A stretch of DNA of 64,000 bases from an uncultured Gammaproteobacteria bacterium (GTDB lineage Bacteria > Pseudomonadota > Gammaproteobacteria > UBA6429 > Thiohalophilaceae), in NCBI GenBank assembly GCA_913064945.1, contig CAJYAN010000008.1, positions 7,440 through 71,439 of the forward strand, read 5' to 3'. The translations under genes were made by a program, and so were the position numbers. Each line of letters opens with the position of its first letter. The stretch's first letter is position 1. Shown piece by piece: positions 33,301 to 44,407 of this stretch. The notes below the pieces were generated by a model. It did not search any database, was not told the DNA's origin, and worked only from the letters and a program-made list of their open reading frames with translations.

Positions 33301-34569
33301 TTATCTGACTTGATGCACTTTTTGCCCCAGCATATCAGGCGTCACAAGCACAACCCCGTTAGGGGAAACATAAAAACGCTTTTTGTCCTCTTCGTTATCC
33401 CGCCCAATAACCATTCCATCAGGAATTTCACAGCCTTTGTCAATTACGGCATGAAAAATTTGACAGTTTTTTCCAATAACAACGTCAGGCATAATGACGG
33501 ACGAATCGACTTTCGAGTAATCCTCTACACAAACATTCGAAAACAACAAGGAATGCCGAACTCGTGCACCTGAAATTATACAACCTCCAGAGACCATAGA
33601 GTCTACGGCCATCCCCCTCCTGTCATCATCATCAAAAATAAATTTGGCCGGTGGTAATTGCTCCTGATGTGTCCAGATTGGCCATTCTGCATCGTACAAG
33701 TTTAGTTCCGGGGTGACACCAATCAGCTCGAGATTGGCCTCCCAAAAGGCATCCACCGTACCCACGTCTCGCCAATATGCCTGTATGGCACTATTGCTGT
33801 CGATAAAGGGATGGGCAATTACACGATATTTCTCGATAGCATAAGGGATAATATTTTTGCCAAAGTCGTGACTGGAGTTTGGTGTGTCGGCATCACGAAT
33901 AAGTAATTCAAACAACAAATCAGTATTGAAGATATAGATACCCATTGAGCACAGGGCGACTTCTGGATTGCCCGGGCTATGCTCTGGCTTTTCCGGCTTT
34001 TCAATAAAGCTACGAATACGATATTTATTGTCGACGCCCATGACACCAAAGGCAGAGGCCTTTTCCACAGGCACGTCAATGCAACCGACGGTGATATCGG
34101 CCTCACTCTCAACGTGTCTTGCCAGCATTGTCCCGTAATCCATTTTATAGATATGATCACCGGCGAGGATTAGGACATATTCGGGTGCATGGGCACGGAT
34201 AATGTCCAGGTTCTGGTAAATGGAGTCGGCTGTACCTGAGTACCAGGACGCCTCAATGCGCTGTTGTGCAGGTAGTAGCTCCACAAACTCTCCAAACTCG
34301 CCGCGCAGATGGCCCCAGCCTCGTTGTATATGCAAAATGAGTGAATGCGCCTTGTATTGTGTCAAAACGCCGATTTTTCGAATTCCCGAATTAATACAAT
34401 TTGATAGTGGAAAGTCGATAATACGAAATTTCCCACCAAACGGTACCGCCGGTTTTGTGCGCCAGGTTGTAAGATGTTTTAACCGCTCGCCTCGTCCACC
34501 GGCCATAATTAAGGCCAGTGTATTGCGTGTCAGATTACTAACAAAACGTGGTGATTTATTCACTTTCAT
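33301..34569 (-). CDS. glgC: Glucose-1-phosphate adenylyltransferase (copy 1)
   Basis: 422 aa. Contains [35 protein letters not shown] and [12 protein letters not shown], followed by a left-handed beta-helix C-terminus. Confidence 0.93.
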   Translation of the reverse strand: MKVNKSPRFVSNLTRNTLALIMAGGRGERLKHLTTWRTKPAVPFGGKFRIIDFPLSNCINSGIRKIGVLTQYKAHSLILHIQRGWGHLRGEFGEFVELLPAQQRIEASWYSGTADSIYQNLDIIRAHAPEYVLILAGDHIYKMDYGTMLARHVESEADITVGCIDVPVEKASAFGVMGVDNKYRIRSFIEKPEKPEHSPGNPEVALCSMGIYIFNTDLLFELLIRDADTPNSSHDFGKNIIPYAIEKYRVIAHPFIDSNSAIQAYWRDVGTVDAFWEANLELIGVTPELNLYDAEWPIWTHQEQLPPAKFIFDDDDRRGMAVDSMVSGGCIISGARVRHSLLFSNVCVEDYSKVDSSVIMPDVVIGKNCQIFHAVIDKGCEIPDGMVIGRDNEEDKKRFYVSPNGVVLVTPDMLGQKVHQVR

Positions 34570-34984
34570 CCTTGCCTATTCTCGCATTGATTTACGGGTA
34601 TTTGATGACGCACCAACCCAGCTCATGCTACAGAATATTTGTCCTTACTATGACATTCTGATTGCTGCAAAAAGTAAGCCATTTGGCAGAGCGTAGTATT
34701 TAGTGTCAATATGTCTAGAATTGAAACACTGCTCGACATTATATAGTGCATTTTTCGCTGGTCGCATGTACACCTCGCCTTATTTGTGTGCAAAAACGTT
34801 CGGCACAACCACCTGACAGGTTTCAAACTTGCAATAGTTATAGCATAAACCTAACCTATATAGCTGTAGCGGTAAGGGAGTAAATCATGCCATTGCTTAA
34901 ATATTGCTATCAAGCATGTCACAATACTCTCATAATGGACGCCATCATCGTGATTAATACTATCAAACTGGAAGTTACCTGTTA

Positions 34985-37195
34985 ATGTCACCATCCAAGA
35001 CCACTATTCCTGACAGGACAGAGGCGATCATGAAAGCCATGCAGCGAGACATGGGCATGATTACCCATGCCACGCACTATGATCCTTTCAGCATTCTTGG
35101 CAATCAGGCGACGCATTGTCATGAGTTTATCCTGTTTTACGCGCCCAATAGTCAGCATTTAACCGTCACCGAAATGGATAAACCTGCCGTTCGACTTGGC
35201 AGCAGTGATTTTTTTGCCTATTGGGACAAGCCCGGTCAGTTACCAGAACATTATACGCTGACCAGAATCGATACGGATGGTAGTAGTTATACCTACTGTG
35301 ATCCCTATAGCTTCAAACCACAAATAGACAATTTTGACTTGCATTTGTTCGCCGAAGGCAAACATTTACACATTTATCGAGTGCTAGGTGCTCAACCTAT
35401 GAGCATCGATGGCGTCGACGGGGTCTTATTTTCGACCTGGGCACCTAATGCCGCCAGAGTGAGCGTCGTGGGTGATTTTAATATCTGGGATGGTCGTTGC
35501 CATCCCATGCGTTCGCGTGGCAGTAGTGGTATCTGGGAATTATTCATTCCCGGGTTAACGAGTGGCGCACTCTATAAATTTGAGATTCGTAATCGTGATT
35601 CCGGTGCCATCGTCTCTAAAGCTGACCCCTATGCTCAACAACTGGAGTTACGTCCCCGCACCGCCTCAATCATACGTCCTACCGCTGCATATCCATGGCA
35701 GGACCGGGAGTGGATGTCCGCCAGGGAAACGCTGGATTGGCTCCACAAACCGATCTCAATTTATGAATGTCATCTGGGTTCATGGCAACGGGATGAACAT
35801 GGTAATTTTCTGAATTACCGCGAATTGGCGCATCAGCTGGTCGGGTACATCAAAGAGACCGGTTTTACTCATATTGAACTCCTGCCCATTACCGAGCATC
35901 CGCTGGACGCCTCCTGGGGCTATCAGACCACGGGTTATTTTGCCGCCACCAGTCGCTTTGGCACTGCGGCGGACTTTCGCTATTTTGTAGATTACTGCCA
36001 CAGGCATGGTATCGGCGTACTGCTCGACTGGGTCCCGGCCCACTTTCCCAAGGATGACCACGGCCTGGCACGCTATGATGGTAGCGCCCTTTACGAACAT
36101 GAAGACCCTCGTCGAGGTGAACATCGTGACTGGGGTACACTAATTTACAACTATGGCCGCAATGAAGTGAAAAACTTCCTGCTCGCCAGCGCCGTATTCT
36201 GGATGCAGGAATATCATATTGATGGCCTGCGTGTCGATGCGGTCGCTTCAATGTTGTATCTCGATTACTCTCGTGAACAGGGTGACTGGTTACCCAATCA
36301 GCATGGCGGTAACGAGAATATTGAGGCAATTAATTTTTTCCGCGAACTGAACACCGTTACACACGCGGAATTCCCCGGCACCATGATCATGGCCGAGGAG
36401 TCTACAGCCTGGCCGCAGGTAACCCGTCCGGCCAACATCGGTGGTCTGGGCTTCAGTATGAAATGGAATATGGGCTGGATGCATGACAGCCTGACATATT
36501 TTTCCAAAGACCCGGTACATCGCCACTTTCATCACGATCAACTGACCTTTGGCTTATTATACCTGTTTACTGAAAACTTTATTCTGCCCTTTTCTCATGA
36601 TGAAGTCGTGCACGGTAAAAGCTCGATGCTCAATAAAATGCCCGGTGATGAATGGCAGCGTTTTGCCAATCTGCGCCTGCTCTACACCTATATGTTCAGC
36701 TATCCTGGCAAAAAGCTGCTTTTTATGGGGTGTGAGTTTGGCCAGGGTGATGAATGGAACCATGATAAGATACTGGACTGGTACGTTTTGCAATATCCTT
36801 TGCATCGCGGAATAAAAAAACTGGTCACAGACCTTAACTACCTGTATGTCGCTGAGCCTGCGCTACACCAATATGATTTTGATGCTTTTGGTTTTGAGTG
36901 GGTTGATTGCCATGATACGGATCAGTCGGTCCTGTCTTATCTGCGAAAGTCAGATGAGACACTGATAGTAGTGATACTCAACTTTACGCCCGTTATCCGT
37001 GATAACTACCGTATTGGTGTGCCAACGGCCGGTGACTATGAGATCATTTTCAATTCGGATTCTGATTATTATGCCGGGAGTAACGCCGGTAGTGCTGCCG
37101 GTATTACCACAGAAAACACACCATGGATGAATCGTCCCTTTTCTCTTAACCTGTCATTGCCGCCATTGGCGGGACTACTCCTAAGAAAAATCTAA
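34985..37195 (+). CDS. glgB: 1,4-alpha-glucan branching enzyme
   Basis: 736 aa. GH13 regions are present: [45 protein letters not shown]. Confidence 0.95.
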   Translation: MSPSKTTIPDRTEAIMKAMQRDMGMITHATHYDPFSILGNQATHCHEFILFYAPNSQHLTVTEMDKPAVRLGSSDFFAYWDKPGQLPEHYTLTRIDTDGSSYTYCDPYSFKPQIDNFDLHLFAEGKHLHIYRVLGAQPMSIDGVDGVLFSTWAPNAARVSVVGDFNIWDGRCHPMRSRGSSGIWELFIPGLTSGALYKFEIRNRDSGAIVSKADPYAQQLELRPRTASIIRPTAAYPWQDREWMSARETLDWLHKPISIYECHLGSWQRDEHGNFLNYRELAHQLVGYIKETGFTHIELLPITEHPLDASWGYQTTGYFAATSRFGTAADFRYFVDYCHRHGIGVLLDWVPAHFPKDDHGLARYDGSALYEHEDPRRGEHRDWGTLIYNYGRNEVKNFLLASAVFWMQEYHIDGLRVDAVASMLYLDYSREQGDWLPNQHGGNENIEAINFFRELNTVTHAEFPGTMIMAEESTAWPQVTRPANIGGLGFSMKWNMGWMHDSLTYFSKDPVHRHFHHDQLTFGLLYLFTENFILPFSHDEVVHGKSSMLNKMPGDEWQRFANLRLLYTYMFSYPGKKLLFMGCEFGQGDEWNHDKILDWYVLQYPLHRGIKKLVTDLNYLYVAEPALHQYDFDAFGFEWVDCHDTDQSVLSYLRKSDETLIVVILNFTPVIRDNYRIGVPTAGDYEIIFNSDSDYYAGSNAGSAAGITTENTPWMNRPFSLNLSLPPLAGLLLRKI

Positions 37196-37201
37196 GCCCC
37201 C

Positions 37202-38662
37202 ATGAGCAAAATCCTCTACATTAGCAGTGAGGCATTTCCGCTTGTCAAAACGGGGGGGCTCGGTGACGTGGCCGGAAGCCTGCCCGTGGCCTTGCTGAAG
37301 AATTCACAGGATGTGCGCCTGGTGATACCCGCCTACAAGGCCGTACTGGATAAAATCGGTAGATCAAAAGTTCGTGCTGAGATCACTTATTATAATCTTA
37401 CCGTAAAAATTATTGAGTCTCGCCTTCCAGGTAGCCATGTCATTATCTGGCTGGTTGACTGCCCGGTGTTATTTGATCATCCCGGTGGACCATATACGGA
37501 CGCCCAGGGGGATCCCTGGCCGGATAATGCCCACCGCTTTGCATTATTTTGTCGGGCGGCAGTCGATATGGCGTTGAATAAGCTGGGCCTGGGTTGGCAG
37601 CCTGATATCGTTCATTGTAATGATTGGCAAACTGGTCTGGTACCGGCGTTGTTAAGTCTGGAGCCAGAAAGACCGGTAACGGTTTTTACTATTCATAATC
37701 TCGCCTATCAGGGATTATTTGATGCCCAAACCTTTCATGATCTACAGCTTCCTACTGAACTCTGGCATCTGGATGGCCTGGAGTTTTATGGTCAGCTATC
37801 CTTCATCAAAGGTGGGCTGGCGTTTGCCGACAAGATCACCACGGTGAGCCCCACCTATGCACTGGAGATACTGCAACCGGCATTTGGTTACGGACTGGAT
37901 GGTTTGTTAACACACCGTCGCACACACCTCTCCGGCATCCTCAATGGTATTGATGAAAAACACTGGAATCCAGGGACCGACAAACATCTCAGGCAACCCT
38001 ATAATCGACGCTCTCTGCAGAAAAAAGGCCCGAACAAGTTAGCCCTGCAGGAGGAATTATCATTACCTATCGATACATCAATCCCTATGATCGGCATGGT
38101 GAGCCGACTGGTGGAACAAAAAGGCCTGGAGCTAATCCTGCCGAGTCTTGACACGCTCATGGGGTTACCATTGCAGCTCGTTATTTTGGGAACGGGTGTA
38201 AAAGCTTATGAGCAACAGCTAAGGCAAGTCGCCGCCCGGCATGAGCAGCAACTAAAACTCATTATTGGCTATGATGAGGCACTGGCACATCGCATTGAAG
38301 CCGCCAGTGATATTTATCTTATGCCCTCGATATTTGAACCCTGTGGTCTCAATCAACTCTATAGCCTGTGTTATGGGACACTGCCCATCGTGACCTCTGT
38401 TGGCGGACTGGCGGATACCGTTGTCGATGCCAGCGATGAGAATATTCAGCAAGGGAGCGCGAATGGTTTTATCCTAACGGACAAAACGTCCAAAGCGCTC
38501 ATTAACACGGTACAACGTGCACTACGTTTGTATCAGCAGCCAGATATATGGCGACAACTGCAAATCACGGCCATGAGTGGTAATTACTCATGGCAAGCCA
38601 GTGCCGAACACTATATCGCTCTATATACAGAAGCCTTAAGCGAACAGAAAGTCGATCACTAG
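37202..38662 (+). CDS. glgA: Glycogen synthase (ADP-glucose type, GT5)
   Basis: 486 aa. N-terminal KTGGLGDV motif, with a GT5 core throughout. Starts 6 bp after glgB. Confidence 0.95.
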   Translation: MSKILYISSEAFPLVKTGGLGDVAGSLPVALLKNSQDVRLVIPAYKAVLDKIGRSKVRAEITYYNLTVKIIESRLPGSHVIIWLVDCPVLFDHPGGPYTDAQGDPWPDNAHRFALFCRAAVDMALNKLGLGWQPDIVHCNDWQTGLVPALLSLEPERPVTVFTIHNLAYQGLFDAQTFHDLQLPTELWHLDGLEFYGQLSFIKGGLAFADKITTVSPTYALEILQPAFGYGLDGLLTHRRTHLSGILNGIDEKHWNPGTDKHLRQPYNRRSLQKKGPNKLALQEELSLPIDTSIPMIGMVSRLVEQKGLELILPSLDTLMGLPLQLVILGTGVKAYEQQLRQVAARHEQQLKLIIGYDEALAHRIEAASDIYLMPSIFEPCGLNQLYSLCYGTLPIVTSVGGLADTVVDASDENIQQGSANGFILTDKTSKALINTVQRALRLYQQPDIWRQLQITAMSGNYSWQASAEHYIALYTEALSEQKVDH

Positions 38663-38862
38663 CTATGAAGTTTCTTCGCCGCCGCGAAGCAATCCTCGCG
38701 CCACAGGCAGCTCAGTTGATCGCACTCACCACTGGTGGCGGTCGCAAAGCAGGCAAAATTACCTTCCGTAAGCTGTATACTCTGAATCAATTTTACCTTA
38801 CTCATGCGCGAGGTCTTAATGCCAAACTCTTTGGCCAGATCGCGTATCGCCTGCATATCCAT
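38659..38862 (-). CDS. Small SAP/Rho-N-like helix domain protein with a C-terminal 4-Cys cluster
   Basis: 67 aa from the ATG at 38862, which has AAAGGAGACAGAC immediately upstream. N-terminus MDMQAIRDLAKEFGIKTSRMSKVKLIQSIQ. C-terminus CFATATSGECDQLSCLWREDCF. The ORF track's 83-aa form has a hydrophobic leader and no SD. Confidence 0.6.
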   Translation of the reverse strand: MDMQAIRDLAKEFGIKTSRMSKVKLIQSIQLTEGNFACFATATSGECDQLSCLWREDCFAAAKKLHS

Positions 38863-39227
38863 GTCTGTCTCCTTTGTCGAAAATAGTGCAACCCAGAATA
38901 GAAAGAGCAAAATTTACGCCAATTAAATAAGCAACGTATGTTGTGTAAAACAAAGGCTTACCAGTCATGTTCGTTTTAAAGGCAAAAATCCATGCACCAT
39001 GCTCGATCAGGCTCGGCCAGAGTTGCCCATCAAGTAAGAAAGGTCCGCAGCAGAAAAGTTCAATATACATCCTTAAAACGACGGTGTTTGATTGCGCCAT
39101 GCGATTATCGGGAGAGACATGGTCTGTTGTAACCGGGTATTGATATCCTTGTGCAGTAAACACACGCCCCATGCCTGGCGGATGCCGTATTACTGCGGTG
39201 ACCGGAATAACAGTATCGTAAGATGAT

Positions 39228-39890
39228 TTAGCTGACTGTGGCCGCGCTGTCCAGATACCAGTGGATATCACTAAGGCAATTAATAGGCAGTAGCGCACCT
39301 TTTTTGATACGGGCGATAACCGGGGCCTTGGCGGCACCGCTGGCCAGGACCATTTTGTGTCGCGTACTTTTCAGCGTTTGCAGTCCAAACGAGACACGCT
39401 CACCAGGCGGCTTGGGAGCATTATAGACCGGTACAACACGCCGATTATCCTGCAAGGCCGGGTTGCCGGGAAAGAGGCTGGCGGTATGACCATCTTCTCC
39501 CATACCAAGAAAGGCAATATCAAAACAGTCTACGGCATCAATCTCTTTACTGTAAGCCGCCGCCGCCTCCTCCGGACCAAGTTCCGCCGGGATGGTATGG
39601 ACGTTGGTGGTCTTGAGCTTTGACCATAGATAGGTTTGCAGCATGACATCGTTACGTTCCGCATGGCCTCGCGGGTAACAACGCTCATCACCGGGATACC
39701 AGTGTACCCTGTCCCAGGCGAGGTCATAAGTCACCAGATGTGTCAGACACGGCGGTGGTGTATTCCCTCCTGACAAAATAACATGACAGACATCCCGTGT
39801 TTGAAGGCAGTCACGTATCTGTTGGGCAAGAAAATCCGCCGCGGCTCTGGCGGCCTTTTCAAAAGTATCAAAGACAACCCATTCATGCAT
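39228..39890 (-). CDS. pgl: 6-phosphogluconolactonase
   Basis: Contains the ILSGGNTP motif and LGMGEDGHTASLFPG. I chose the ATG at MHEWVVF (39890), 7 bp after the zwf stop. The longer track ORF would overlap zwf by 113 nt. Confidence 0.88.
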   Translation of the reverse strand: MHEWVVFDTFEKAARAAADFLAQQIRDCLQTRDVCHVILSGGNTPPPCLTHLVTYDLAWDRVHWYPGDERCYPRGHAERNDVMLQTYLWSKLKTTNVHTIPAELGPEEAAAAYSKEIDAVDCFDIAFLGMGEDGHTASLFPGNPALQDNRRVVPVYNAPKPPGERVSFGLQTLKSTRHKMVLASGAAKAPVIARIKKGALLPINCLSDIHWYLDSAATVS

Positions 39891-39897
39891 AGCTAAA

Positions 39898-41394
39898 TCA
39901 ACTCGGTTTATGCCAGCCGCCAACACAATTTTCGAATAGCGCATCCATCTCTGGAATGTCCCAGGTACCGGCGCGATATCGAACAACGGAAATACGATCC
40001 TTCCAGGCATTTAAAATAGGTTCAATGATTGACCAGGATTTTTCCACCTCATCTGCACGTGAAAACAAGGTGGCGTCGCCAGTGAGCACATCATGGAGCA
40101 ATACCTCATAGGCATCAGAGACATCCGCACCATCTTCTGAATAAGGCGCACGCATAACCATCCGTTTGGTATCAGTGGTCAGGCCCGGCATCTTGGCATT
40201 CATCCGTAAAAAAATACCTTCATCAGGATGGAGACGAAACACAAGTGAATTGGCAATCGGTGGATTGGCATGAGTATCGAACAGGTTAAAGGGCGGTTTG
40301 CGAAACCGAATCACAATTTCTGAGACACGCTTTGGCAGACGCTTACCCGTCCAGAGAATAAAGGGGACACCCTGCCAACGCCAGTTATCAATATGTAAGC
40401 GTACCGCGGCGAAGGTTTCACTTACAGAGTCGGGCGAAACGCCATCTTCGGCGACATAGGCTTTGGTCTTTTCGTCATTAACTGTGCCCGAACCGTACTG
40501 TGCGGCAACGGTCTGATGTGGGACACTGCTCGTTTCAATTTGGCGTACTGCGCGCAGGACTTTAATTTTTTCATCCCGGACGGCATCGGCAGTAAATTCG
40601 ACTGGTGGCTCCATGGCGACCAGCGTCATGACCTGCATCAAGTGACTCTGGATCATGTCACGCAGCGCGCCGGATTTTTCATAATAGTTGGCGCGGTATT
40701 CAATGCCAATGGATTCCGCCGCTGAAATCTGGATATGGTCAATAAAGTTCCGGTTCCAGAGTGGTTCGAGGATGCTATTGGCGAAACGATACACTAATAG
40801 GTTCTGAACGCTTTCCTTACCAAGATAGTGGTCTATGCGATATATCTGTGATTCATTTAATAGTTCCTGCAAGTCATGATTTAACTGCCTCGCTGTCTCC
40901 AGGTCCATACCAAAGGGTTTTTCAATGACGACACGGCGGAAACCTTCTGTTTCAAGGGCCAGCCCCTGTTTATGTAAGCCGGCTGCAACAGTCGTATACC
41001 AGTTGGGCGGTATCGCACAATAAAACATGGCATTGGTGCGACCTTCAAGCGATTCCAGAGCCTCGGATAAATCAAGATAGGTCTGATCGCTCTCTAAATC
41101 ACCACTGACCATTTTGAAACGCGTCGTGAATTCCTGCCACTGCTGTGCATCCATCGGAAGTTCAGGTGCATACTGGTTGATGCCCTGGTGCAGCGCTTCC
41201 AGCCAGACCTCTCGAGTCCGGCCCTTTAATACGCCAATAATTTTACAATCAGTGTGTAAAAGTCCACAGCGCAACATTTTGACCAGTGCGGGGATTAATT
41301 TGCGCTTGGTCAGGTCACCACCGGCGCCAAAAATCACGATATTCGTTGGCTCAGTCGGTTCCCCAATACACTGAGTTACTTTGCCCTCTTGCAT
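39898..41394 (-). CDS. zwf: Glucose-6-phosphate 1-dehydrogenase
   Basis: 498 aa. NADP-binding IFGAGGDLTKRKL and the active-site motif RIDHYLGKE. Confidence 0.95.
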   Translation of the reverse strand: MQEGKVTQCIGEPTEPTNIVIFGAGGDLTKRKLIPALVKMLRCGLLHTDCKIIGVLKGRTREVWLEALHQGINQYAPELPMDAQQWQEFTTRFKMVSGDLESDQTYLDLSEALESLEGRTNAMFYCAIPPNWYTTVAAGLHKQGLALETEGFRRVVIEKPFGMDLETARQLNHDLQELLNESQIYRIDHYLGKESVQNLLVYRFANSILEPLWNRNFIDHIQISAAESIGIEYRANYYEKSGALRDMIQSHLMQVMTLVAMEPPVEFTADAVRDEKIKVLRAVRQIETSSVPHQTVAAQYGSGTVNDEKTKAYVAEDGVSPDSVSETFAAVRLHIDNWRWQGVPFILWTGKRLPKRVSEIVIRFRKPPFNLFDTHANPPIANSLVFRLHPDEGIFLRMNAKMPGLTTDTKRMVMRAPYSEDGADVSDAYEVLLHDVLTGDATLFSRADEVEKSWSIIEPILNAWKDRISVVRYRAGTWDIPEMDALFENCVGGWHKPS

Positions 41395-41439
41395 TAATTA
41401 CACTCCGAACGTAAGCCGTATTGAATTAACTCTCGCCTG

Positions 41440-42354
41440 TTATTCCGCAGGACGAATGCTGTGACCACCAAAACCCGCGCGCATGGCATTTAGAACTTTA
41501 CCGGCAAAGGACGGATCCTGTCGACTGCGAAAACGCATTTGCAGGGCTAGAGTCAGGACAGGGGTTGGCACCGCCATGTCAATGGCATCCTGTACCGTCC
41601 AGCGACCTTCACCCGAATCATCGACATAATCACTTATCGAAGAAAGCCCCTGATCAACCGCAAAGGCATCGGCAATCAGGTCCAGCAACCAGGACCGAAC
41701 CACACTACCATGCTGCCAGATCGCCGATATCTGTTGTAAATCCAGTTTCATTTCCTGCTTGGCGTCCAAAAGTTCAAAGCCTTCAGCAAACGCCTGCATC
41801 ATGCCGTACTCAATACCATTATGCACCATCTTAACATAGTGACCCGCACCCGCCGGGCCAACATGCCCCCAGCCTTTATCTTTTGCGGGTGCCAATGATT
41901 CCAGCGCCGGGCGAACCATGGCAATGGCCTCCTCCGTGCCTCCGGCCATAATGCTATAGCCATTCTCAAGTCCCCAGACGCCACCCGAAGTACCCGCGTC
42001 GACAAAATGGATGCCACTCGTTTGGAGTTTTGCTGCACGCTGCTTGCTCATATTGAAATTTGAATTACCGCCATCGACCAGTAAATCACCTGCCGACATA
42101 CCGGCCTTGAGCAGGGCATCGATGCTATCGTCCACGGCCTGGTGTGGCACCATTAACCAGATGACACGCGGAGCTGCCAGTGCGGTGATAATACCCTCAA
42201 GGCTATCGACCGCGGTCACATTGTCCAACTCGGCAGCCAGCGCCTCAGCCGTCTCCGGTGATCGATTAAAGACTGTAAGCTGATGCCCGTCCGCTACCAG
42301 GCGCCGCACCATGTTTGCCCCCATTTTGCCCAGACCGATCATTGCTAGTTCCAT
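41440..42354 (-). CDS. gnd: 6-phosphogluconate dehydrogenase, short (about 300 aa, YqeC/Gnd-like) form
   Basis: 304 aa. Rossmann N-terminus MIGLGKMGANMVRRL, plus GGNSNF and HYVKMVHNGIEYGMMQ. Confidence 0.88.
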   Translation of the reverse strand: MELAMIGLGKMGANMVRRLVADGHQLTVFNRSPETAEALAAELDNVTAVDSLEGIITALAAPRVIWLMVPHQAVDDSIDALLKAGMSAGDLLVDGGNSNFNMSKQRAAKLQTSGIHFVDAGTSGGVWGLENGYSIMAGGTEEAIAMVRPALESLAPAKDKGWGHVGPAGAGHYVKMVHNGIEYGMMQAFAEGFELLDAKQEMKLDLQQISAIWQHGSVVRSWLLDLIADAFAVDQGLSSISDYVDDSGEGRWTVQDAIDMAVPTPVLTLALQMRFRSRQDPSFAGKVLNAMRAGFGGHSIRPAE

Positions 42355-42692
42355 AAATCACCTTTAGTGGTTGTTTTCGTCAGCGCTAGAATTAAATCCT
42401 AGTGTCTGCGAATTAATAATCAGATAGCAAGCTTTATACCATTTATGAGGTTGTCCTGTTGAAATCAAATGGAAACCATTTGCTACCGCGGCTTAGTCCG
42501 TATCGTATCGCGCTACTATCGCCTGTCTTCTTCTGGTACGGGATATGCAACTACCCCGATATGTATTAAATATAGGCAAATAGACTTTATACGGCACTAT
42601 TTTTGCGCAGATAGTTCCTGAACAGGTGAAAAAGATAAAAACTCGAACCAGGATTGTGCATTTACCTCAGCAGGCTGATATCCGGATACACA

Positions 42693-43922
42693 ATGAAGAC
42701 CATGATTAATAACACCATCACTATCATACTCGCCGGCGGGATGGGCTCCCGTCTTATGCCCTTAACCCGGTTGCGTGCCAAGCCGTCAGTCCCCTTTGGT
42801 GGAAAGTACCGGATTATCGACTTTAGCTTAAGCAACTGTCTACACTCAGGATTACGTCGCATTCTGGTATTGACCCAGTACAAGTCGCACTCTCTGCAAA
42901 AGCACTTGCGCGATGGTTGGTCAATTTTCAATCCTGAATTAGGTGAATACATAACCCCGGTACCCGCGCAAATGCGTCACGGAAATAAGTGGTATCAGGG
43001 CACGGCAGATGCCATCCACCAGAACAGTTATCTGCTAGAGCGTAGTGACGCCGAGTGGACGATAATCCTCTCCGGCGATCATATTTATCGTATGGACTAT
43101 GCCGCCATGCTGGAGACACATAAAACCCTTGGCGCTGATGCCACCATCGCTTGTATGAGAGTGCCACTTGAAGAGGCCGGCATGTTTGGTATTATGTCGA
43201 CCGACGAAAAACAACGTGTCACCCAGTTTCAGGAAAAACCGGCTGACGCCAGCCCCAGTCCGGATGACCCTGAGCGAGCCCTGGCATCGATGGGGGTCTA
43301 TGTGTTTTCAACCAGGATGCTCGTTGATATATTAGAAAAGGATAGTCAAAACGAATATTCCAATCATGATTTTGGTCATGATATTTTACCGGAACTCATT
43401 CACAGTCACCGTGTTTGCGCACACTATTTTGGTGAGGAGAAGGGTCGCGTCTCACCGGATAATTACTGGCGTGATGTCGGCACCATCGAGTCTTATTATC
43501 AGGCCAATATGGATCTGTTAAAATCAATCCCGGCATTAGATCTCTATCAAGCAGACTGGCCAATACGTTCCTATCAGTCTCAAACCCCTCCTGCACGTGC
43601 CGTCCCTGGCAACTCGGGCAATGAAGGTATTTTCATTAATTCCATGCTGTCCGGTGGTACGATTATTTCGGGTGGCAATGTCTCACACTCAGTTTTATTC
43701 CAGAATGTCTTTATTGATGATGAAACCTTTGTGGAGAATTCTGTCTTGTTTAATAATGTCAGTGTCGGTAAAAAAACCAGGCTCAATCGCTGTATTATCG
43801 ATAAAGATGTTACTGTGCCTGATGGAGAAACCATCGGCTATGACCTGGAAAAAGACCGCAAACGATTTACCGTGACCGATAATGGGATTGTCGTCGTACC
43901 ACAAGGCTATGTTTTTGACTAA
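42693..43922 (+). CDS. glgC: Glucose-1-phosphate adenylyltransferase (copy 2, divergent paralogue)
   Basis: Contains IILAGGMGSRLMPLT, KPSVPFGGKYRIIDFSLSNC and WYQGTADAIHQN. I chose the ATG at MKTMINN; the track form starts 39 nt earlier. Confidence 0.9.
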   Translation: MKTMINNTITIILAGGMGSRLMPLTRLRAKPSVPFGGKYRIIDFSLSNCLHSGLRRILVLTQYKSHSLQKHLRDGWSIFNPELGEYITPVPAQMRHGNKWYQGTADAIHQNSYLLERSDAEWTIILSGDHIYRMDYAAMLETHKTLGADATIACMRVPLEEAGMFGIMSTDEKQRVTQFQEKPADASPSPDDPERALASMGVYVFSTRMLVDILEKDSQNEYSNHDFGHDILPELIHSHRVCAHYFGEEKGRVSPDNYWRDVGTIESYYQANMDLLKSIPALDLYQADWPIRSYQSQTPPARAVPGNSGNEGIFINSMLSGGTIISGGNVSHSVLFQNVFIDDETFVENSVLFNNVSVGKKTRLNRCIIDKDVTVPDGETIGYDLEKDRKRFTVTDNGIVVVPQGYVFD

Positions 43923-44407
43923 TTCTTTTCGCGCGACTTTAGTGCTCCCCCCGCTTCATTAACTATCACGGGCGAAGCAATATGCGAATTTGAAGTTCCA
44001 CATCCTTGACAAGGTGTAGACCTCGACTGTAACCACAGAAAACGCTTTGCCTTTACATCCTCAGGGGCTGTATAGATTGTAACGAAAGTAGATGCCATGT
44101 CAGCACAATATCGTAATCCAAATGCGTTATGCGATATCGAATTGCGATAGGCAACAGAACAATATGCAAGCCGGTCATATATGCATTTATTGTACGCATA
44201 TGTGCGTTATGGTTTTCTACGGTTAATGCCCCCGCATCTCGACTTGAATAATCACCGGCTATAATGCCGTCATGCGGCCCTGTTACTCCGTCCCCGTTTT
44301 GGCAGAATCGTATGTAAACCAGCAACGTAGACGCCTGGCTGAAGGTTACGGGACAAGGTTGTTGGGATGCGGAATACCACCTCCGTGTGGTATTCGACTT
44401 CCATTAA

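Noticed and set aside
38816-39337. A 173-aa minus-strand ORF fills the 365-bp gap between pgl and the small SAP-like gene.
   Set aside because: It overlaps pgl by 110 nt at its 5' end and the SAP-like gene by 46 nt at its 3' end. It has no SD at any Met and no recognisable motif. A shorter membrane peptide starting at MAQSNTVV cannot be excluded, but it is unsupported.
39891-40010. A long N-terminal extension of pgl overlaps the 3' end of zwf by 113 nt.
   Set aside because: The conserved lactonase sequence starts at the internal ATG (MHEWVVF), 7 bp after the zwf stop. The extension has no homology-like features.
44053-44325. A 90-aa minus-strand ORF, and a roughly 44-codon Cys-rich plus-strand ORF (about 44095-44230), lie in the gap after glgC copy 2.
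   Set aside because: Neither has a convincing SD or motif. Local sequence is rich in short palindromes (cgatatcg, gcatat repeats), which inflate spurious ORFs. Both are left unannotated.
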